The position numbers were made by a program, and so were the translations under genes. This document shows positions 12,567 to 23,298 of a DNA stretch of 64,000 nucleotides, piece by piece; position 1 is the stretch's first letter; every line of letters starts with the position of its first letter. This DNA is from Anthoceros angustus (taxonomy: Eukaryota; Plantae; Anthocerotophyta), in contig MU008189.1 of assembly GCA_010909165.1 (NCBI GenBank), positions 558,001 through 622,000 on the forward strand, read 5' to 3'. The notes beneath the pieces are model-generated. The model did not search any database. It saw only the letters and a program-made list of their open reading frames with translations, and was not told where the DNA came from.

Positions 12567-15141
12567 TCAGTGGTTATCACAACACGAGCATAAACCATCC
12601 TTAAAATGGTGGACTCGGTGTGCATCTCTCACAACGATCTCTCTCCCTTCCAGTCTGGAAATTACCTTACTGCCATTGTGGCAGTCATCGCACATTCTGA
12701 GATCCTTGGTGATGAACAGAGGTGTATTTTCAGGAGTGTTCAGAATTCCAAAAGCAATGGCAAGTTTTTCTGCATGTCCACATAGAAGATCCTCCTTTTC
12801 CAACAGGTCAGTCTCAGGCACATGTCCTTGCTCTTTCATTCGAAGATTCAAGTTCTGCAGCATGGTAGAAGTGTCATCCCTTTGGTCTCCAACAATGAAC
12901 TCATGTACCTTCTGATCGACTTCAATCACAGCCTTGGCAGGTTTCTTCTGAGCTCCAGCCAACTTCCTCAACTTGTCTATTTCCTCTGCTTCTTCTTGTC
13001 TGCCAGCATCAGCATAAATTTTCGACATGAGGACATACCCAGCAGCTTGATGGGGATCGATCTGGACGAGCTGATCAAAACAACGTCTTCCCAGCTCCAC
13101 ATTGCCAAACATGTTGCAGGCACTTAGGAGAGATCTCCACCCCACACAGTCACGTTCAAATGGCATTGCCTGCAACATATTTTCTGCCTCATCCAGCTGC
13201 CCTGATCGAGCAAGAATGTCAACCATACAGGTGAAATGCTCGATACTTGGTACAATTCTATGCTGTTCTGTCATTTCTCTGAACAACTCCTTACCTTCGT
13301 TGATTAAGCCTTTGCGACTGCAAGCAACAAGGAGACAAGTGAAAGTTGTTGCATCAGGTTCAACTCCCTGGCATTGCATTTGCTTCAAGCATTGGATGGC
13401 CATGTTAGAGTCATCATGCTGGGTATAGGCGTTGATAAGAGCATTCCATGTCACCACATCTCTTTGTGAAAGTCTGTCAAACACCTTTTTAGCATCCTCC
13501 AGGCTTCCGCATTTAGCATACATGTCCAGTAAGGCATTAGAAATCAGATCATCTGCTTCCAGCCCTTTTGTCGAAATCTCAGCATGTATTTTCTTGCCAT
13601 CCTGTAAAGATCCTGTGCTAGAACACATCTGGAGCAAGTTACCAAATATAACATTGTCTGGAGAAACACCAGCTTGTTTCATTTCTTGAAAAAGATCAAG
13701 GGCTTCTTGACACTGGCCACGCTGAGCATACCCTGCGATCATTATGGTCCACGTCACCACATCTCTCTCAGACAATCCATCAAACACGATTCGAGCATCA
13801 TCTATGTTGTCGCACTCCACATACATGTTCATCAAGGCACTTCCAACAAACGCATCCCCTCCAAGTCCTCGTTTCAAAATTTGACAATGTATCTGCTTGC
13901 CATCTTGCATGGCTCCAATGCTTGCACATGCCTTTAAAATGCTGACAAATGTTATGAGGTCTGGCAAAATGCCATCTTTCAGCATTCTCGAGTAAAGCCA
14001 AAGGGCGTCATGCCCAAGCCCATGTTGAGCATATCGAGCAATCATGGAATTCCATGTAACCACATTCTTGTTCACTAGTCCATCAAATACTATTTGCGCA
14101 TCCTGCAGGCTTCCACACTGCCCGTACATGTTCATTAGGGAGCTCCCAATGAAGACACTAGAATGGAGTCCCTTGGCAAGGATCTGAGCATGGATCTGTT
14201 TGCCATCCTGCAAGGCTCCTATGCTGCTACACGCTTTCAGAATGCTAACATATGTAACGTCATTTGGTGACAAGCCCTCCTCTAGCATCTTTTTGTACAA
14301 CTCCAGGGCTTTTGCACCAAGCCCATACTGAGCATATCCTGAAATCATCACATTCCAAATAACAACATTCCTTGTGGACAACCTTTCAAATACTTGGTGG
14401 GCGTCCTCCAAACTCCCACAGTTTGCATACATGTGTATCAGAGCACTGGCAACAAACAGATTGGACTCAGCCTGACAGTCCAAGACATCCTCATGGACAA
14501 GCTTGCCTGATGTCAGATCTCCTTTACTAGCACAGGCTTTCAGGACTGCCACAAAGATATAGTCATTGGGTTCTGTGGTCGAGTCCCGCATTTTCTGATA
14601 CAGCTCTATGGCTCGTTGAGCGTGTCCACGATCAGCATGTGCTGAGATCAGTGAAGCCCATACGAACACATTAGGGGCATGCAGCTTACTGAAGACCCCC
14701 CTAGCTTCCAGCAATTTTCCATGAGAAGCATACATGCGGATGAGGTGGTTCCCTAGAAAAGTATCCACCTCATGCCCACTCCGGGCAGTGAGAGCATGGA
14801 TGTATTTGCCCGCTTCCAGATCCCTCTTTGTAATGCTCTCCTTCAGAAGCCGGTACAGCATATCTGCAGATATGTATGATCCTCCCCTGCCCAAGAAGTC
14901 CAAAGCTTGGACCGCCTCACGCAGCCGCCCTTCCTCCAGTAACCTGCTCCACTCTTCTGACACCCCGACATACTCCACATGGCTGCCACTTCCTGACACT
15001 CTGCATGTCCAGAGCAGCTGAAACAACGTGAGAACCTCAGCAACATGGGCCACCCATTCACCATTATACAGAGACGAGCCTCAGTTTGGATACCTGACAG
15101 AACCCCGATAATCTCCAACATCTGTCGAGGAGAGTGCCCAT
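12567..15141 (-). CDS. PLS-class PPR protein with E1-E2-DYW:KP domain (candidate U-to-C organellar RNA editing factor)
   Basis: Repeating P-L-S triplets; C-terminus has KKPAKAVIEV, HAEKLA and CDDCH, and ends CSCCDNH. The main exon probably starts at the acceptor at 15017. A small upstream exon 15141-15094 splices in frame (tentative). Confidence 0.95.
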
Positions 15142-15923
15142 GAACAAATAGAATGTCCTCCCTCACCCTTCGACTGGCTCGGTGAAGGCCTCAAGCTCTC
15201 CGTTGCTGTGCTGTTCACGTGGTCCGCACACCCGAGGTCTGTCTGTGGCGATCACCCATTGTCAACTGCAAACTGAGGACCAAGCAACGCCTCATTCTCC
15301 TGCTGGAGCATTACCACATAGTTAAGCAGAACCCACAAAAAGGCCCGAGCTAGAGTCCCACCTCCTGCACAGTCTTGATCCACCAGCGCGAAGGCTTCGC
15401 AAAAAATTCTGCCCTCAGTCCCTCTTTTGAAGCAACGGCATCTGCAACACCATCTTCAACCATGAAAACCCAAAATCCTCGCAGTTCTCGACCACAAACA
15501 AGATCACTCACCACAGCTGGTACCAAAGCAATGCCTTCCGATTGAGGAATCCAGAGTCAGATCACGCCTCTCCGAATTCTCCCTACTGCTGGATTTGCGA
15601 TTTCGGAAGCATAGGTTAACCAGGCTGCCAGCCGCCGGCGTCCTCCTCTTCATGATCACTTCCTACCGGATTGCAGCTTTCGCAGGTCATATAATCTGGC
15701 CGGTTCGCAGCTCACCCTACTGATCCTACTTTATGGACCACCCGGAGCAAATGTGACAGCGTCGCTGTGACACGGATGTGTGGATCCAGCCTTAGTTCAG
15801 GTGGAGGGTGGCAGCCATTACACGCGCTGCGATGGAGTTGTCGTGGTGGGTGTTTGTGTGCTTCCCTCACTGAATTACCCGGTTCTTGTTAAACCTTATT
15901 GGCTGCCAAGAACAAAGGAAGAT

Positions 15924-16931
15924 ATGGCTACAACGACGACAAGTGCGTGCAGAACCTGCCTCTATGTACGAGCCTCCACGCAGTCTTACCTGCATGTCTC
16001 ACGGACATCCTTATCCCCTTCCCAAATTTGTTGCTCCAGCTCTCTCTCCTGTGCTTTGGCAAGCAAGCGTTCATCTCGGGTACTCTCTGGCCGGGGAAGG
16101 GTGGTGTTCCAGGTGCGGGATGGGCTTGATCCAGCATCAGATCAACCGCCCTCCAGCCGAGCAGATGCGGTGCAGCAGGCCGGAGCATCACTGGCTGCAC
16201 TCTTGGAGAAATCTCTCAAGAAGCAGGGACCAGCCACGGTGAAGCAGCGGAAGGATCAGAGGCAGGTGCGGCTTAGGGTAGAGATCCCGGAGCTGGACGA
16301 CTCTCCCGCATCTCTTCTAACCCTGTCGCTGGATCTCGTGTCAGCCTTTGCGTCAGGGAAGAAGGGCCTTCTCACAGATATCGCCCTTTGCTTTGCAGAC
16401 TCTTCTCTCCTGGAGCTTGCCAGGGAAGGGCGTTCTTCCACTAGTTCTGTTCCCCGACTTCATTTTCTCAGTCTGGCGGAGGCCGCTGCTGTACCGCAGG
16501 CGTGCTCTTGCGTTTTTGTGGTTGGCCCACAGTTGCTACATGCGCCTGCTATTGCAAAGATTGCCACGCAAGCTGGAACGAGGCCAGTTGTTGCTGTGAA
16601 TCCGTTCTGGCCAGAAGAGGAGGATGCATACGCAGCTGGGAAGGCTCTGCTGTCTTCCTTCGAAGTTGCCTACTCCTTCACGGCTATATGTATTCAGGGG
16701 TTTTTCAGCAAAACAGAGGGGGTCGTGATGAAGCATGCCAAGAGTGGAGCTCCTAGCGGGAGACCTTGGCTCATTTATGTGAAGGAAGGTGGCAAGTACA
16801 AGTGTGTGAGTAGTCTGAAGTCCCGCCCTGGTGCAGCTGAGCTTGAGACTGCCCTTTACAATGTCATTGCAGCCAATTCCCCTATCACAAAGTCTGTTAG
16901 CTTTCTGAGAGGGTTGGTAACTAGGCAATGA
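15924..16931 (+). CDS. DUF1995-like plastid-targeted protein (intronless, about 335 aa)
   Basis: Ser/Thr/Arg-rich transit peptide from ATG 15924; RLRVEIPEL, VVAVNPFW, FEVAYSF, PWLIY and RPGAAELETAL resemble the plant/cyanobacterial DUF1995 family. Confidence 0.75.
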   Translation: MATTTTSACRTCLYVRASTQSYLHVSRTSLSPSQICCSSSLSCALASKRSSRVLSGRGRVVFQVRDGLDPASDQPPSSRADAVQQAGASLAALLEKSLKKQGPATVKQRKDQRQVRLRVEIPELDDSPASLLTLSLDLVSAFASGKKGLLTDIALCFADSSLLELAREGRSSTSSVPRLHFLSLAEAAAVPQACSCVFVVGPQLLHAPAIAKIATQAGTRPVVAVNPFWPEEEDAYAAGKALLSSFEVAYSFTAICIQGFFSKTEGVVMKHAKSGAPSGRPWLIYVKEGGKYKCVSSLKSRPGAAELETALYNVIAANSPITKSVSFLRGLVTRQ

Positions 16932-17208
16932 GAAGCTAAAAGTGCCGCCTAATTGCTTGCCTTCCAACTCTAACTCTGGATCTGCTCCTGTCTTTGTATC
17001 CTTGGGTCACTCCTCCTCTCGTGCGTTAGTACAAAATGGATGCCTCTAAAGCTCACCTTCACTTCAGCTGCTTCTAACCTGAGCAACGTGTACCACGCCA
17101 GCCACAACTAAAGTGGTCTTCGAACATGGATGATGAAGTTCTTGAGGATTGGGAGCTGATCAGTCAAAATGCAGTCTGCAGGATACTCACAAGCAAGTTG
17201 TATAGAGT

Positions 17209-17720
17209 TTGAATGGGAAGCAACGACAGCTCTTGCTCTTCATTCTCTTAAGTTCCTGCCAACCACTTCAGATTCCAGATGCAGATGGCTGCCCACATGG
17301 CACATACTTCCTTCTTGTTGCGCTACTTCGAAAAACCAAGCTGGGAATTAGGTGCTTACACCCAGGAGGGATCTTCCGCTGTCATTTAATCAAGTGAGCA
17401 AACATTGCTTTTATTATTCTCTGCATGCGTGGATTTCAGTATTAGTCCTCATTGCTTCCGTATCAGCCAAGCTAGCATATGTTTTGGCCTGACAAGCCAT
17501 TTGCCAACCTTCGTGGGCCACTAGATATCTCCGGCGAGCTAAGCAGATTGGTTCACTCGATGACCCTGAATTTGGCCGACAACATTACAGGTCAGCGTAC
17601 CTCCGGAGCTAGGAGAGCTTTCCTCGCTCTACAAGTTAAATCTCAGCAGCAATGTCCTGACGGGAGCAATTCCCACTCAACTCAACAATCTCTACCGGCT
17701 GCGGATGTTATAGAGTAACT
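17209..17720 (+). pseudogene. Plant extracellular LRR (RLK/RLP-type) gene remnant
   Basis: A signal-peptide-like ORF at 17209, then ELSRLVHSMTLNLADN / VPPELGELSSLYKLNLSSNVLTGAIPTQLNNLYRLRML* matching LxxLxLxxNxLxGxIPxxLxxL. A frameshift and a stop follow. Confidence 0.8.
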
Positions 17721-18166
17721 AGACTACGTTGAGAACTTCCGATTTGCCGAACTACATACAATTCATGCTTGCTTCAATGGCCAGCATGATCTTGGTTACC
17801 GAAATGTAACATCCTTGTTCAGGGGACCACAATCCAAACGGAAATGCGTCACAACTGTATGTCGTCCTTGGCTTTCGTGGAGGCTGCCTTCAAATGGCTC
17901 TGCCCGAGTGTACACTGTACAGACGTATATATGTCGAACGGACCGGGAACAAGAACACAAGTCCCAAATCCCGACTCTTGGCCAACATGCTGGAGGCCAG
18001 ACTGGATACCTGCTATTCTGGATACACACTATCGCCGTGACTGTGCCGGGAACGTCGTGGAAACTGTCGTCCACCTGGACGCCCTCTAATCCCCTCCCAT
18101 GTCCCCCCGTCGATGCCTCGTGGGCAGCAGAAGCCAGGCCTTGCATTGTTTTGAACGTTTGCAGCC

Positions 18167-20080
18167 ATGGAGATGGCAGAATACGTGGCCCAGGCTCTGA
18201 AGGACTGGTTGTTGTACCTGGTGCTGGGACTGGCGGCGCTGGCTGTGTTGCTGCAGCGTTGGAAGCAGAGCAGCAGGCAGAAGGAAAGGCTACCGCCTGG
18301 TCCGCCAGGGGTGCCAGTGTTCGGCAATCTTTTCCTTCTTATAACTTCCAGCCATCCGCACCAGGAGCTACACCGCTTGGCTCGACAGTATGGCCCCATC
18401 ATGTCATTGCGGCTGGGGTCGAGGCTGGGGATCGTTGTGTCCTCTCCGGAGATCGCCAAAGAGGTGCTCAAGACTCAGGACCGGGAGTTCGCAAACCGCC
18501 CCTTCACGACTGCCAAGGATGCCATGGGGTACGGGGAGAGCACCATGGGCTTCGCCTCCTACAGCCCACACTGGAGATTTCTCAGGTCAATAGTGAACGC
18601 ACATTCACGATTCTGATGATCGTGCTGGTTCAATGGGACCTGTTCCAAAACCGGGTCGATCGAATTCGAAGCACCTGCTCTAGTCCATACATGTATTGCT
18701 TCGGCTAACGCTGAATGATTGATTGGAACGCAGGAGGGTTGCAAATTCCGAGCTGCTGAGTGCGAAGCGGGTTCAGCAGTTCCAGTCTGTGAGGGAAGAG
18801 GAGTTGTCCAGAATGGTGAAGTCCATCCTGGAGGACAGTCAGAGGTCTCCCGTGGTGGACGTGCAGCAGAGGGCGTTTTTTCTTACCATGAACGTAATGA
18901 CGCGTATCTTGATGAGCAAGAGGTTCTTCTCTTACACCAAATCCTCTCAATCCGACAAAGGCGATGAAGAGGTATGTATGTGATTGATCCCAATTCACTC
19001 ACGAGTCTCCCTCACCCGCGGTGATGTCATTCTGAGCCTGCGAATTCTTGGGCAGGACTTGGCCGAAGAATTTAGAAGTCTCATCGAGGAACTGTTTTTC
19101 CTGGGTGGAGTTTCTTTGATAGGAGATGTCATCCCATCCTTGGGCTTCCTGGACCGGATTATGAACTATGAGAAGAGAATGCGCCGAGTTCACCAGCGAT
19201 TTGACTCCTTCCTGACAACTGTGCTCGAGGAACATAGGCAGACCAGAAATGATCAAGAAGCCAGGAACTACGTCGATATCTTGCTCTCCCTCCCTGGAGA
19301 AGACGGCGCTCCACATATGGAGGAGGTTGTCATGAAGGCACTGGCCATGGTATGCCTCCTGTTAGTAAGCTTACCTTCAGTGCAGTCCAGCATGTTTGAT
19401 ACATTAGTACACTGTGCAATGTGCCCTGAACATCGTTTGTGCATGGCGTGCAGAGCGTGATCACTGCTGGCACGGACACATCTAGCATCACAGTGGAGTG
19501 GGGCTTATCAGAACTCCTCCGAAATCCCCAGGCTCTACAGAGAGTGTACCAAGAGCTGGACGAGGTTGTAGGGAAGGAGAGGGTGGTCACAGAATCCGAT
19601 CTTCCAAACCTTCCCTACTTGCAGGCTGTGGTAAAGGAAACATTCCGCCTTCATCCAGCCGGGCCGTTACTGATTCCACACGTAAGCAGCGAGGCTTGCG
19701 AGGTGGCAGGCTTCCATATCCCTCCCGGAACCACCACCTTCGTGAACGTGTGGAGTATCTCTCGGCAGCCCGACGTGTGGGAGAATCCGCTGGAATTTCA
19801 GCCTGACAGATTCCTCAACAGCGACGTCGACGTGCGAGGCCAGCACTTCCAGCTGCTCCCTTTTGGCTCCGGCAGACGATCTTGCCCTGGTATACACATG
19901 GGGCTTGCTATGGTGCAATACTCTCTGGCGAGGCTGGTGCACAGCTTTGATTGGTCCCTGCCACAGGGTCAGGCACCTGATGAATTGGATATGAAGGAGA
20001 AGTTCGGCCTAACCTTGCCTCGAGCCAAGCCGCTCCTGGCTAATCCTCTGCCTCGTCTACCTCCCCACCTTTATGAGTGA
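18167..20080 (+). CDS. Cytochrome P450, CYP71 clan (A-type), 4 exons (18167-18585, 18734-18971, 19056-19349, 19454-20080)
   Basis: TM anchor, LPPGP hinge, AGTDTS I-helix, ETFR, QPDRF and PFGSGRRSCPG heme motif. All three GT-AG introns restore the frame. Confidence 0.96.
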
Positions 20081-20830
20081 GTCATGAGATCTGCAGAGCA
20101 GGTGAAGATATCTCCGAAGGACAGTCAGGATGGGCAGCAGGTGATGGCAGTTCATGCGGCGGATTCTGAAGGCTATCCTGTTTGGCTGGCTGAGGTGGTA
20201 CTGTACTACCTGTACTCGTTCACTATGGGCACCAAGCCAGCACCACATCACAGATCAGTGTTCTTGTACAGGTCCGTGTGGATAAGTTGTTATGCAACCG
20301 TCAGTTTGTGATCACCATATTAGGAGCTGGAAGTGAGGGCATTTTCGGATGCCATGGTTGTAGAACATGAACCCTGTGTGGCAAGTCACTCACTCTTCAT
20401 GTAAATAGGAGTTCGTGTGTAATTAAGCAGGAATCCTGTTCGGATGGCTCACCCGTTCACATGCTTCACATGCTAGGCCAGTGCTTGCTGATGCTGGCTC
20501 TTTTGTTTGTCTGGGCGAAGCAGGTACAGCGCTTGCAAATACTGGCCGGGCATTTTCTAGGCTCTAAACAAAATCAGCTCCATCTTACTATCAACTCAAG
20601 AATGTGCACATTGTTTCGGTAGTGCCAACTGGAGTGTCTGGGCGAAGCAGCTTCAGTGCTTACAATCTCAAATGTTGTATTAGGACTTCCACACCCATAA
20701 ACCCTAAACCGCGACCCAGAGCAATCAATAGTCTGGCGTATACGTGCCAAATGGGAACAAAAATTAGACACTTGCAATCTGACGAAGCTTCGAACAGAGC
20801 GTTCTTGTTGTTTCCACGAATGCTGCTAAT

Positions 20831-22709
20831 CTATGCATCCAGTTTTTCTGAGATGATACGCAGTAAAAGACTCGTCAGCTTGGCCCGATACTCTTCAGCC
20901 TCAAAAGCGGAGTCTTCATCCTCGGAGGAGTCCTCATCTTCTGAATCTTCATCTTCAGATGTTTCGCTCAGTTCTTCCTCGCTCACATCATCTTCTCGAG
21001 TCTGAGGGAAAAAGCTGGCTTGCGACATCTCGGCGAACTGGTTGGGATCTCTCAGAAAATCTGTAAAGGCAATCCAGGGTCAGAGGAAGGCCATTCCTAG
21101 TTGACAGCTCGCAAAGCTCTAAAGTCAGGAAACGCCGTACCTGGCAGGCGACTACGGTTAGACCCCCTCAATCTCACCAACATGGTCGGAACTCTTGCTT
21201 TCCGAAACACCCACAGCCTGCGATTGTCCAACGACCACAGAAATCCGCCATGCCTAGCCACCTCCACCAGGGGAAATCCGAAGGTCCCAGCCTCCCCGTC
21301 GTGAGACCATCCACAGCATCATAAATGCTCTAGCCATTCCGGCACTCTCCCAGGGGATCATCGACATACTCAGCTTCGTGAATCCTCTCGCCATTCCGGA
21401 AGTTTGAGACGATAGATTTCTCAGTGAAACGCAGCTTGCGAGTGTCCACCACCATTACCGAGTGATCTGAATAGTGGTCACCTTCAGATGTTTCGCTGAG
21501 TTCTTCCTCGACCGTTCTGACACCAACTCTTCGAGCCCGAGGGAAAAAACTGGCTTGCGACATCTCGGCGAACTGGATGGGATCTCTCAGAAAAGCTGAG
21601 TAAGGCTTTCCAAGGTCAGAGGGAGGTCTACTTGACAGCTCGCAAAGCACGCACATCAGGAAACTTCGTACCTGGCAGGCGACTACTGTTCGGCCCCCTC
21701 AATCTCACCAACAGTGTCAAAGCCCTTGCCTTCCGAAACACCCACAGCCTGCGATTGTCCAACGACCACAAAAATCCTCCATGCCTCACCACCTTCACCG
21801 TGAAGAAATCCGCAGCTCGCAGGCTCCCCGCCCGGATATCATCCACGGCATCGTGAATGCTCTCGCCATTCCGGAAGAAACAGGCGATGGATTTTTGAGT
21901 GAAACGTACAAGGGTTTACTACCAGCGTCATGTTATCCGAACTCATGCTTCCTTGCGATCAATTCCTACAATTCCGAGCCGCGCTTTAAACAGCCACCGT
22001 GGTCCCTGTCACCTGGCATTGCGATCGGATCGACACGAGTTAGCCATGACCACCGTACGCCTGACAACCAGGAGGGAGCAAGGATGCACATGACAAGCTC
22101 AGAAGCCTTCTAGGCATTTGCAAGGCACTGTAGCAGGCCCTGCACAGGGGGCGCTCAGAGGCTGAAAAGCCCCAATCTGTTGGCCATCAGTGACCATCAG
22201 ACTCCATACAAGTACTGTTACATACATTTCAATGGCTACTACAACGAAGTTGCTGTCATATATGTAGGCGGATAGAAACCCTAAGAAATGCACACAAGGG
22301 TATCACCCGCTGGAGCTGATGCCAAGGGAATGAGAGACTCCCTGTACAGACTAAAGGCCACCAGAACGCGCTCAGGAACAGTTCAAAATCTCAGAGGTTG
22401 AGAGGCCCTTTACAGGCACCTAAGACCTATCCCGCAATTCAGACACTCACCAATTTTCTCAACACCGAACTCCGGGGTTCTGAGGAAAACACTGCATAAG
22501 GCAGATGAACAGATGGCCAGGAGCAAGATACTGAAATCCAAGGATGCTTGCACACACAGCTCATGCAGTGAAAACCGCATCATGCACACTCTAATCCCAG
22601 GCAACAGCAGCATACAATTCAGGTCAGGTAACCGCCGGTGTCTGAGGAGCCGGAAATCAATCCATAGCGAGCGGAGGAAAGCCATATGTCGATCCTCTCT
22701 GCTGTACAT
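20831..22709 (-). pseudogene. ParB/Srx-like domain gene, copy B (two tandem domains; disrupted or mis-sequenced)
   Basis: Domain 1 from ATG 21946 (DDIRAGSLRAADFFTVKVVRHGGFLWSLDNRRLWVFRKA) runs into domain 2 (VVDTRKLRFTEKSIVSNFRNGERIH), then an acidic tail and LRIISEKLDA*. Upstream exons are homologous to copy A, with one TAG and frameshifts. Confidence 0.7.
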
Positions 22710-22823
22710 ATCCCGGTCCCTACAGTTCTGTTAGGGTGTGGAGGAATTCCGTTAAGGAGGGTGACGGGGCCATACTGCCTGTCCTTTGTTCATTAGTCAT
22801 TGACTCCGCTCTGAGCACTACTC

Positions 22824-23165
22824 TCTGATTTCGAGGAGCCACTCTTTCCCTGGGCGTAAAGGCACCACCTGCTGGGCATCTCATCACAGCGTTCTCATCA
22901 CTTGCAGGGGTGATGAGTAGAAGACTGTTCTGATGTCGGCCGTCGCCTATCCATCACAAACAAGTAATGGCTAAGCGTGTCAGCCCTCGGGCTCGGTTCC
23001 GCACGGTTTCCCTCGGTGCCCGATGACTGACACGCTTGGCCATTACTTGTTTGTGATGGACAGGCGACTGCCTGATTTCGAGGAGCCACTCTGCCACTGG
23101 GCGTAAGGGCACCCTCTGCTGGAGCTCTCATCACAGCTTTCACACGTGCAGGATGAGTAGAAGAC
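22824..23165. repeat. Pair of roughly 100-bp imperfect direct repeats
   Basis: CTGATTTCGAGGAGCCACTCT...GATGAGTAGAAGAC at about 22824-22926 and 23072-23165. Confidence 0.85.
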
Positions 23166-23182
23166 GGTACGTTTCTTCCTTG

Positions 23183-23298
23183 CTTTCATGACCTGTGACT
23201 TGATGATCCCTCACCCTTGATTTCATGACCTGTGACTTGATGATCCCTCACCCTTGCTTTCATGACCTGTTAGTTGATGATCCCTCACCCTTGCTTTC
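23183..23298. repeat. 37-bp tandem minisatellite x3
   Basis: Unit CTTTCATGACCTGTGACTTGATGATCCCTCACCCTTG repeated head-to-tail without spacers. Confidence 0.92.

Noticed and set aside
12676-15021. Several plus-strand ORFs within the PPR gene
   Set aside because: Antisense shadows of the long PPR exon.
15780-15923. N-terminal extension of the DUF1995-like ORF
   Set aside because: It begins at a non-ATG codon in promoter/UTR-like sequence. ATG 15924 gives a normal transit peptide.
17815-18708. 297-aa ORF upstream of and overlapping the P450
   Set aside because: It is an alternative-frame shadow of GC-rich P450 exon 1 with no domain. The P450 frame explains the sequence.
23183-23298. 37-bp repeats as a CRISPR array
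   Set aside because: Head-to-tail with no spacers, no cas genes and a eukaryotic context.
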